64,000 nucleotides of DNA from Flavimaricola sp. Lineage in GTDB: Bacteria > Pseudomonadota > Alphaproteobacteria > Rhodobacterales > Rhodobacteraceae. The position numbers were made by a program, and so were the translations under genes. The stretch covers positions 5,788-69,787 of the forward strand of contig JAHDDU010000010.1 in assembly GCA_020629175.1 (NCBI GenBank), written 5' to 3'. The notes under the pieces are model-generated. The model had not been told where the DNA came from. It was given only the letters and a program-made list of their open reading frames with translations, and did not search any database. This document shows, piece after piece, positions 48,776 through 55,937 of the stretch; the stretch's first letter is position 1, and every line of letters starts with the position of its first letter.

Positions 48776-49414
48776 TCAGTTCTCCCCTTGCGTGGTGGTT
48801 TGGGCCAGGCGATCCTCGCAGTCCGCCAAAATCACATCCTGATGAAACAACGCGCGGCCCGTGATCATGCTGCACTCGCCCGTGTCTGCGTTCGCGGAAA
48901 GCGCATAGAGAAGGCGCAGGCCATCCGGCTCCCAGTCGTAGATACTTTCGATCTGCACCTCGCCGTCAGAACCGCCAACAAACCGAACCAACCCGTCTAG
49001 TGGCTCAAATTGCTCTGGGCGTGCGGCGGTCACACTGTCATAGGGCGCCAGAAATCCATCTTCTCCGGCAGACCAAATCTGAAAATGCGTGCCAGACGGC
49101 GCGGCGGCGACAGGCACGAACAGCTCTGGCACGCCGTCACCTGTCATATCATGCAAGACAGGCGGCTGATTTGGGGCCTTCACCGCAATACCGTCGCTTG
49201 TGCGCAGGCCCGAGCCGTCCGCCCCTGCTTGCGTGATCCGCAGCAGCGCACCGTCCGGCACCGTTTGATAGAGAAAGACGATGACCCGGTCGGCCGACAG
49301 GATCACACAATCCTGCGCACCTGCCGCAGTCCCAGAACAGGGCGGGACTGACGCATCCTGCGCCCAAACAGCACTGGAGAGTGCAAAGGTCAGGGCGGCG
49401 GAGGTCAGGTGCAT
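48776..49414 (-). CDS. Exported hypothetical protein with one FG-GAP/VCBS-like calcium-loop motif
   Basis: Signal peptide MHLTSAALTFALSSAVWA/QD. DMTGDGVPELFV motif. 4 Cys. SD AAAGGA. Its stop is 1 nt from the hydA ATG. Confidence 0.6.
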   Translation of the reverse strand: MHLTSAALTFALSSAVWAQDASVPPCSGTAAGAQDCVILSADRVIVFLYQTVPDGALLRITQAGADGSGLRTSDGIAVKAPNQPPVLHDMTGDGVPELFVPVAAAPSGTHFQIWSAGEDGFLAPYDSVTAARPEQFEPLDGLVRFVGGSDGEVQIESIYDWEPDGLRLLYALSANADTGECSMITGRALFHQDVILADCEDRLAQTTTQGEN

Positions 49415-49431
49415 TCAGGGTCCTTTGACGT

Positions 49432-49734
49432 TTAACTCGCCGCCTCTGGCGCTTCTGGCGCTGGGGCAACATAGGGAATGCGCATCCCGTCTCGATCATA
49501 ACACAGCGGCTCATTCGTAGACTGGTCTCGCAGGAAATAACCGGACCGGGGTTCCGTCGTCTCGTTTGAGATCAGGTAGCACCCAGCGCTGTTCTGCACG
49601 ATCAGGGTCTGGGGCTGACCGGGCAACAGATAGGCCTGCACTTCAGCGGGCAAGACGCGGTCAGACACGTCGACGGGCATCGGTTCGCAAGCAACAAGGC
49701 CAACAAGAGCAATAACAGGGATCAGGCGGTGCAT
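49432..49734 (-). CDS. Small lipoprotein, function unknown
   Basis: Lipobox LVGLVAC at residues 11-16. SD GAAGGA lies 8 nt upstream. 17 bp from the next gene. Confidence 0.6.
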   Translation of the reverse strand: MHRLIPVIALVGLVACEPMPVDVSDRVLPAEVQAYLLPGQPQTLIVQNSAGCYLISNETTEPRSGYFLRDQSTNEPLCYDRDGMRIPYVAPAPEAPEAAS

Positions 49735-49810
49735 GAGGCGGGTCCTTCAAAGTTCACACTACGCCCTGTGCTAAAGGCGCTCGAGCCCCTTTGGTCAAGT
49801 CTTGAAACGC

Positions 49811-51064
49811 TCACCCGACGATCTCCGCCGTTTCAACCACCGCATGAAACAACACGTCCGTGCCCGCGGCGGCCCATTCCGGGCTGATCTCTTCGGCCTC
49901 GTTATGGCTCAACCCGTCCACACAGGGGCACATCACCATCGCCGTTGGTGCAACATCATTGATCCAACAGGCGTCATGGCCTGCGCCGCTGACAATATCC
50001 ATGTGGCTATACCCAAGCCGTTCCGCCGCATCGCGCACGGCGCGCACGCAACCTTCGTCAAACGCAGGAGGGTCAAACTGGCCGACAATCTCGCAAGAAA
50101 ATTCAACGCCGATCTCATCGCACAACTGCGGCGCACGCTCCATCAGCTCGGCCACCATTGCGTTGAGCTTGTCCAGAAGGTGGGTGCGCATGTCGACGGT
50201 AAACACAACCTTGCCCGGGATGATGTTGCGCGAGTTCGGATAGACATCGATATGCCCGATGGCGCCAACCGCGTTGGGCTGGTTTTTCATCGCAATTTCA
50301 TGCACGAGCTCTGTGATCAGCGCGAGGCCGCGGCCTGCGTTTTTACGCATGTGCATGGGCGTCGAGCCGGTGTGGCTCTCTTTGCCCGTCACCGTGCATT
50401 CTATCCAGCGCAGCCCTTGGCCGTGGGTGACAACGCCAATGTCCTTGCCCTCGGCCTCAAGAATGGGGCCCTGCTCGATATGCAGCTCAAAGAAGGCATG
50501 CATCTTGCGGTCGCCCACCTTCTCGGTGCCCTTCCAACCGATCCGCTCCAACTCATCGCCAAAGCGCTTGCCGTCGGCATCGACGCGGTCATTGGCCCAA
50601 TCCAGCGTGTGCTTGCCCGCGAACACCCCGCTGGCAAGCATCGCCGGCGCGTAACGGGTCCCCTCTTCGTTGGTCCAGTTGGTCACGACGATGGGATGCT
50701 TTGTCTTGATCCCCAAATCATTCATCGTCCGCAAAATCTCGAGCCCGCCAAGAACCCCCAAAACGCCATCATACTTGCCACCTGTGGGCTGGGTGTCGAG
50801 GTGGCTGCCCACATAGACGGGCAAGGCCTCTGGATCCGTGCCGTCGCGGCGGGCGAACATATTGCCGATCTCGTCCACGCCCATCGAACAGCCTGCATCC
50901 AGACACCACTTCTGGAACAGATGCCGCCCTTCGCCGTCTTCGTCCGTCAGGGTCTGGCGGTTGTTGCCACCGGCCACGCCGGGGCCGATCTTGGCCATCT
51001 CCATCAGGCTGTCCCATAGCCGCTCACCGTTGATGCGAAGATTTTCTCCGGGAGCGTGCGCCAT
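49811..51064 (-). CDS. Zn-dependent amidohydrolase, M20 family (N-carbamoyl-beta-alanine / N-carbamoyl-amino-acid amidohydrolase type)
   Basis: 417 aa. GSHLDTQP.GG.YDG..GV..GLE motif of the allantoate amidohydrolase / beta-ureidopropionase group. Confidence 0.85.
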   Translation of the reverse strand: MAHAPGENLRINGERLWDSLMEMAKIGPGVAGGNNRQTLTDEDGEGRHLFQKWCLDAGCSMGVDEIGNMFARRDGTDPEALPVYVGSHLDTQPTGGKYDGVLGVLGGLEILRTMNDLGIKTKHPIVVTNWTNEEGTRYAPAMLASGVFAGKHTLDWANDRVDADGKRFGDELERIGWKGTEKVGDRKMHAFFELHIEQGPILEAEGKDIGVVTHGQGLRWIECTVTGKESHTGSTPMHMRKNAGRGLALITELVHEIAMKNQPNAVGAIGHIDVYPNSRNIIPGKVVFTVDMRTHLLDKLNAMVAELMERAPQLCDEIGVEFSCEIVGQFDPPAFDEGCVRAVRDAAERLGYSHMDIVSGAGHDACWINDVAPTAMVMCPCVDGLSHNEAEEISPEWAAAGTDVLFHAVVETAEIVG

Positions 51065-51086
51065 GCCTGCGGCCTTTCAATTTTGA

Positions 51087-51102
51087 CATTTGACCAATCG
51101 GT
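51087..51102. promoter_or_regulatory. RutR-box-like operator
   Basis: TTGACCAATCGGTAAA matches TTGACCAnnTGGTCAA (E. coli RutR consensus) at 12 of 14 defined positions. Lies in the rutR/amidohydrolase divergent intergenic region, 22 bp from ATG 51064. Confidence 0.6.
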
Positions 51103-51249
51103 AAAATCGACGTTAACAGAGGACATGGATCAGTCAAGTTTTGTCCGCGGTTTTTGGGTCACGCCCTCTGAACTGCTGTAGAACTAGCCATTCCGACAAA
51201 ACAATTTGCACGTTAGGTATCACCTGACAGGACATCCAGAGGACTGCGC

Positions 51250-51864
51250 ATGGCGTCTGCTAAACCGGCAACCCGAATCCAAACCCGCAACCGCGACCTC
51301 ATTTTGAATGCGGGGCTTGATGTGTTTTCAGCGCATGGGTTCCGGGGCTCAACCCTGGATCAAATCGCCTCAGCTGCGGGTTTGTCCAAACCGAACCTGC
51401 TCTACTACTTCAAATCCAAAGAAGAGATTTATACCAAGCTCCTCGCACGGCTGCTGGACACATGGCTTGATCCGCTCAAAGCGCTCGACATGGATGGTGA
51501 TCCAAAGACAGAGCTAATGGCCTACATGCGCCGCAAGCTGGCGCTAAGCCGGGACTACCCGCGCGAAAGCCGCCTCTTTGCCATCGAGATTCTGCAAGGT
51601 GCCCCCCGCATCAAGGACGTGCTCGAAGCGGATCTCAAACCGCTGGTCGACAGATACGCCCGGATCATCAAAGAATGGTCTGACGAAGGTAAGATCGCCC
51701 AAGTCGATCCCTACCACCTGATCTTTGCGATATGGTCGTTGACGCAGCACTATGCGGATTTTGACGTGCAGGTTCGCACAATCCTCAATGAGGACGACCC
51801 TTTCCCAAAGGCCGAAGAAACGCTGGATTTGATTTTCGAACGCCTGTTGGCGCCAAGTAGTTAA
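51250..51864 (+). CDS. rutR: TetR family pyrimidine-utilization regulator RutR
   Basis: 204 aa. Long colinear identity runs with E. coli RutR as recalled (NLLYYF.SKE, SRDYP..SRLF, DP.HLIF.IW..TQHYADF). Confidence 0.88.
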   Translation: MASAKPATRIQTRNRDLILNAGLDVFSAHGFRGSTLDQIASAAGLSKPNLLYYFKSKEEIYTKLLARLLDTWLDPLKALDMDGDPKTELMAYMRRKLALSRDYPRESRLFAIEILQGAPRIKDVLEADLKPLVDRYARIIKEWSDEGKIAQVDPYHLIFAIWSLTQHYADFDVQVRTILNEDDPFPKAEETLDLIFERLLAPSS

Positions 51865-51980
51865 TTTGCATTAACCACCCCGGCCAATGCCATAGTCTTG
51901 CCCGCAGCTGTTAACTTCTTGGCAATATTCCTGACGGTAATCCTACCACATCCGGTGGGGGCGTTACCAAAGGATGAAAG

Positions 51981-52451
51981 ATGACAGTATTGAATGCACT
52001 GGGCCTCGTCCCGCCAGGCCAGCACAACAAACCCCAAGCCGAGCCGACGCCGCAGGAACCCGAGAGCGTTGAACCCACCCAGCCGTCCAACGAAAGCGCG
52101 AACACACCGCAGCAGCAGCCGCAATCGGCACCCGTCGTCGAGAGCGCCGCATCCGAGCCGGTTCGGATCGAACGCCAGCCGCCGCCACCTGTGGCCGAAA
52201 TTGCACTCGCAGCCCCTGCACCTGCGCCCGACGATGCGCAGCTTCGCGCAGAAGCAGAGGCCGCGGTTGAGCGCGCACGGGCAGCGAACATTGTCGAACG
52301 CGTGGAAAGCACAGCGGCCGGTTGGGCAACTTCCCAGGTTACGCCATTAAGTGAACTGTCAGGCGCAAATCAGAGCGATGAAACGGCATTGAACGCAACG
52401 ACGCCCGGCTCTGCCCCCTCTCAGGATGGCGGGTTGGACAAAAGCGTCTAA
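51981..52451 (+). CDS. Hypothetical Pro/Gln/Ala/Glu-rich low-complexity protein
   Basis: 156 aa. SD AAAGGA 5 nt before ATG. GC-biased third positions in this frame. Three overlapping alternative-frame ORFs were judged to be shadows. Confidence 0.45.
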   Translation: MTVLNALGLVPPGQHNKPQAEPTPQEPESVEPTQPSNESANTPQQQPQSAPVVESAASEPVRIERQPPPPVAEIALAAPAPAPDDAQLRAEAEAAVERARAANIVERVESTAAGWATSQVTPLSELSGANQSDETALNATTPGSAPSQDGGLDKSV

Positions 52452-53137
52452 CCCTCCAGCTCCGCCAATGTAGCAAACGAATATCCGCGCGCGTGCAGGC
52501 CGTCGATGATCAACGGCAACGCCGCGCGCGCGGTGTCGCGGCTGCCGTACATGACATGCATCAATATAATCGATCCCGGCTCCACTCGGGCAATGATCTC
52601 TTGGGCATAGGCCTCCGGCGTCTGACCCTCTGCCAGATCATCCGCCTCCACATCCCACAACACGACGGGCCGCCCTTCCCGTGCGAGGAGCCAAGGAAGG
52701 ACAATTAACCTTTGTCCATAAGGGGGGCGGAATGGAATGGCGCCCTCGAACCCGCGCGCGCGCAGGGCCGCATCCGTCCGGTCAATCTCGCCCTCAATCC
52801 AAGCCGGAGATCGCAGGATCATCCGACTGTGGCTATAACCATGATTGCCCAACTGATGCCCGCGGTTTGCAATCTCCGCAACAAGATCTGGGTGCTGTTC
52901 CGCCTCCTGTCCCGTCAAAAAGAAGGTCGCACGGACATCCCGCCCGTCCAGAACATCAAGCACTCCACTCAAAAACCTTGGAGACGGTCCGTCATCAAAG
53001 GTCAGTGCGATGCGCGGCTCCGACATCTCGATCCGTGTGATCAGATCTCCAAAAAGCTGGACCCGCTGGCTCTTGCTCAGCCCCCATCCCCCGGCGAGGC
53101 ACACGGCAAGCCCCAGAAAAAGGGCCAGCCACCGCAT
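52448..53137 (-). CDS. Polysaccharide deacetylase (NodB homology, CE4) family protein with N-terminal signal/anchor
   Basis: From MRWLALFLGLAVCLAGG. TFDDGP, ATFF..G, HGYSH motifs. ATG lies 2 nt after the preA stop (alternative GTG overlaps it). Confidence 0.85.
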   Translation of the reverse strand: MRWLALFLGLAVCLAGGWGLSKSQRVQLFGDLITRIEMSEPRIALTFDDGPSPRFLSGVLDVLDGRDVRATFFLTGQEAEQHPDLVAEIANRGHQLGNHGYSHSRMILRSPAWIEGEIDRTDAALRARGFEGAIPFRPPYGQRLIVLPWLLAREGRPVVLWDVEADDLAEGQTPEAYAQEIIARVEPGSIILMHVMYGSRDTARAALPLIIDGLHARGYSFATLAELEG

Positions 53138-53139
53138 CA

Positions 53140-54444
53140 CTACTCCGCCGCAGTGGCCGAAGGGTTATTCGGGTGCGTCGTCCAATTGGCGTAGTCCGCC
53201 TCGACGGTCTTGCCGGTCCGCGCATCAATCGCACCGGGGGCGAGAGTTTCCATCGTGATACACCCTTCGACCGGGCAGACGTTGACGCAGAGGTTGCAGG
53301 CCACGCATTCCGCATCAATCACTTCAAATGTCCGGTCCTCAGACATGGAAATCGCCTGATGACTGGTATCTTCGCAGGCGGCGTAACACCGGCCGCACTT
53401 GATGCAATCATCCTGAGAAATCCGCGCCTTGGTGATGTGATTGAGGTTGAGGTACTGCCAATCGGTCGTGTTTGGCACAGCCATGCCGATGAAATCGTCC
53501 AGCGATGCATGACCCTTTTCGTCCATCCACTGACTAAGGCCTGCGATCATCTCCTGCACGATCTTGAACCCATAGGTCATCGCAGCCGTACACACTTGCA
53601 CATTGCCACAGCCCAGCGCCATGAACTCGGCCGCGTCGCGCCACGTGGTCACACCGCCGATGCCGCTGATTGGCAAACCGTTTGTCTCAGGATTGCGCGC
53701 GATCTCGGACACCATGGACATAGCGATAGGCTTTACCGCCGGGCCGCAATAGCCGCCGTGGGTGCCCTTGCCGTCGATGCTTGGCTCGGGGCACATGTTG
53801 TCCAGATCAACGCTCGTGATCGAATTGATCGTGTTGATCAGGCTGACCGCATCAGCACCACCGGCCTTGGCCGCCGCCGCGGGTTTACGGATGTCGGTGA
53901 TGTTGGGCGTCAGCTTTACGATGACCGGTTTGGAGTAGTACTGCTTGCACCACCGCGTCACCATTTCGATGTACTCGGGCACTTGACCCACGGCGGCACC
54001 CATGCCCCGCTCGCTCATTCCATGTGGGCAGCCAAAGTTCAGCTCGATCCCATCTGCACCGGTGTCTTCGACCAACGGCAGAATGGCTTTCCACGCCTCT
54101 TCCTCACACGGCACCATGATGCTGACGATGATGGCCCGGTCCGGATAATCCGCCTTCACCCGCTTTATTTCATCAAGGTTGGTGTAAAGATCCCGATCTG
54201 TAATCAGCTCGATGTTATTGAGGCCCAAGAGCCTCCGGTCCGCACCATAGATGGCACCGTATCGCGGGCCGTTCACATTCACCACCGGCGGCCCTTCGGA
54301 CCCCAGCGTTTTCCACACCACGCCGCCCCATCCCGCCTCAAAGGCACGGCGGACGTTGTACTCCTTATCCGTTGGCGGCGCCGAAGCCAGCCAGAACGGA
54401 TTGGGGCTCTTGATGCCCAGAAAATTCGCGGAAATATCAGCCAT
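53140..54444 (-). CDS. preA: NAD-dependent dihydropyrimidine dehydrogenase subunit PreA
   Basis: 434 aa. DHOD-like TIM barrel (NFGCPHGM, GG.TTW.DA) plus C-terminal 2x[4Fe-4S] motifs CIKCGRCYAAC and CVACNLCVNVCP. Confidence 0.9.
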   Translation of the reverse strand: MADISANFLGIKSPNPFWLASAPPTDKEYNVRRAFEAGWGGVVWKTLGSEGPPVVNVNGPRYGAIYGADRRLLGLNNIELITDRDLYTNLDEIKRVKADYPDRAIIVSIMVPCEEEAWKAILPLVEDTGADGIELNFGCPHGMSERGMGAAVGQVPEYIEMVTRWCKQYYSKPVIVKLTPNITDIRKPAAAAKAGGADAVSLINTINSITSVDLDNMCPEPSIDGKGTHGGYCGPAVKPIAMSMVSEIARNPETNGLPISGIGGVTTWRDAAEFMALGCGNVQVCTAAMTYGFKIVQEMIAGLSQWMDEKGHASLDDFIGMAVPNTTDWQYLNLNHITKARISQDDCIKCGRCYAACEDTSHQAISMSEDRTFEVIDAECVACNLCVNVCPVEGCITMETLAPGAIDARTGKTVEADYANWTTHPNNPSATAAE

Positions 54445-54456
54445 CTTGGGTCCTCC

Positions 54457-55782
54457 CTACGCGCTGAGTACGCGGTGAATATCCTCTGCCGCATCGCGGC
54501 CCTCGGCAACGGCGGTCACAGTCAGGTCATCGCCTCCGCTGGCGCAATCGCCACCGGCCCAAACGCGGTCCATGCTGGATTTGCCAGAGGCATCGACGGT
54601 GATCTTGCCACCTTCGACAGCCAACCCGGCATCGGTGGTCAGCGTTTGGCCAATCGCCTTGAACACCTGATCCGCAGGCAGGCGGATTGTCTCTCCCGTG
54701 CCGCGAAGCCCGTCCGGTCCGCTGGCGGTATATTCCAGCTCGATCTCAACCGCTGCGCCGTTGCCATGCACCGCCTTGGGCATCACATTGAACATCAGCC
54801 GCACGCCCTTGGACGCGGCGAGGTCCTGTTCATACCGGCTGGCAGACATATCCTCGCGCGCGCGGCGGTAGGCGATTGTCACGTTCTGCGCGCCTAGCAA
54901 CTTGGCTTGCACAGCGGCATCCACGGCCGTCATGCCGCCGCCAATGACCACAACGTTGCGTCCAATCGGCAGACTGGCCAGATCACCCGCCTGCCGCAGA
55001 TCGGCAATGAAGGACACCGCATCCTCAACACCGGCACGCTCTTCCCCTTCGGCCCGCAGTGCGTTGACACCTCCAAGGCCGACACCCAGGAACACCGCAT
55101 CAAATTCGGCGGTGAGACCGTCAAGCGTCAGGTCGTCGCCCAGCATGCCTTGTGCCAGCGTGATCCCGCCAATGCCCATCACCCATTCCGCCTCGCGCGC
55201 GGCGAAATCATCAACGGATTTATAGGCCGCAATCCCAAACTCATTCAGACCACCCGGCTTGGATCGCGCCTCATAGAGCGTGACCGCATGCCCCTTCATC
55301 GCCAGCCTGTGCGCACAGGCCAGACCCGCAGGACCTGCCCCCACCACGGCCACGCGTTTGCCCGTATCCGCCGCGCGGGTGTAGGGATGATCCCCCTTGG
55401 CCATCAAGACATCGGTTGCATGGCGTTGCAGCCTGCCAATCTCTACCGGCTTGCCTTCGGCCGCTTCGCGCACACAGGCTTCTTCGCACAGTGTCTCGGT
55501 TGGGCAAACCCGGGCGCACATTCCGCCCAGAATGTTCTGATCCAGAATGGTCCGCGCCGCGCCCTCGGGCTGGCCCGCCTGAATTTGACGAATGAACAGC
55601 GGGATATCGATCGACGTGGGGCAGGCCGTGATGCAGGGCGCATCATGGCAAAAGTAGCACCGGTCTGCCGCCACCGCCGCCTCATGCGGTGCATATGGTG
55701 CGTGCAAATCGGCAAAGTTCTCGGCCAAGGCCTCTTTGCTTAAACGTGCGGCTGCAATTCCCGGCGTCATCGGATCGGTCAT
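54457..55782 (-). CDS. preT: NAD-dependent dihydropyrimidine dehydrogenase subunit PreT (GltD-like)
   Basis: From MTDPMTPG...; CY.CHDAPC..ACPT.IDIP, RVAVVGAGPAGLACA, VVVIGGGMTAVD motifs. SD AGGGAG lies 6 nt before ATG 55782. Confidence 0.9.
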   Translation of the reverse strand: MTDPMTPGIAAARLSKEALAENFADLHAPYAPHEAAVAADRCYFCHDAPCITACPTSIDIPLFIRQIQAGQPEGAARTILDQNILGGMCARVCPTETLCEEACVREAAEGKPVEIGRLQRHATDVLMAKGDHPYTRAADTGKRVAVVGAGPAGLACAHRLAMKGHAVTLYEARSKPGGLNEFGIAAYKSVDDFAAREAEWVMGIGGITLAQGMLGDDLTLDGLTAEFDAVFLGVGLGGVNALRAEGEERAGVEDAVSFIADLRQAGDLASLPIGRNVVVIGGGMTAVDAAVQAKLLGAQNVTIAYRRAREDMSASRYEQDLAASKGVRLMFNVMPKAVHGNGAAVEIELEYTASGPDGLRGTGETIRLPADQVFKAIGQTLTTDAGLAVEGGKITVDASGKSSMDRVWAGGDCASGGDDLTVTAVAEGRDAAEDIHRVLSA

Positions 55783-55790
55783 CGGCGGCT

Positions 55791-55810
55791 CCCTATCGCA
55801 TCTGATAGGG
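55791..55810 (-). promoter_or_regulatory. Perfect 7-bp hairpin in the preT leader overlapping the Shine-Dalgarno
   Basis: Minus strand CCCTATC-agatgc-GATAGGG, followed by AGCCGCCGATG. Four of six SD nucleotides (AGGGAG) lie in the 3-prime arm. Confidence 0.4.
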
Positions 55811-55832
55811 CTACCTTGGCACATCTATTTTT

Positions 55833-55848
55833 TTTATCAATTGGTAAA
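55833..55848. promoter_or_regulatory. Second RutR-box-like site upstream of preT
   Basis: TTTATCAATTGGTAAA matches the RutR consensus at 11 of 14 positions and the 51087 site at 13 of 16. Lies 50 bp upstream of the preT ATG. Confidence 0.5.
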
Positions 55849-55883
55849 TTTTAGGCAACCCGCATTTTGTTGCGCCACCCTGC

Positions 55884-55916
55884 AAACAAAATGGGCGGCC
55901 CCCAGGAGGGCCGCCC
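55884..55916 (-). terminator. Rho-independent terminator after the TauABC-like operon
   Basis: Minus strand GGGCGGCC-ctcctggg-GGCCGCCC followed by ATTTTGTTTG. Confidence 0.8.
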
Positions 55917-55937
55917 CAACATGTCATGCCGAATTGA

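Noticed and set aside
47200-48864. 554-aa plus-strand ORF opposite hydA. Similar cases: 49802-51019 opposite the amidohydrolase, 43426-44592 and 58135-59223 opposite the SBP genes, 33147-34193 opposite the SbcC-like gene, and 23305-24240 opposite the DMT gene.
   Set aside because: All are mirror-frame ORFs over strongly supported genes. They have Arg/His/Pro-rich low-information translations and no SD.
53173-54897. 574-aa plus-strand ORF spanning the preA/preT junction
   Set aside because: It is antisense to two well-supported genes, crosses their intergenic gap, is R/H/G-rich and has no family signature. Judged a shadow ORF.
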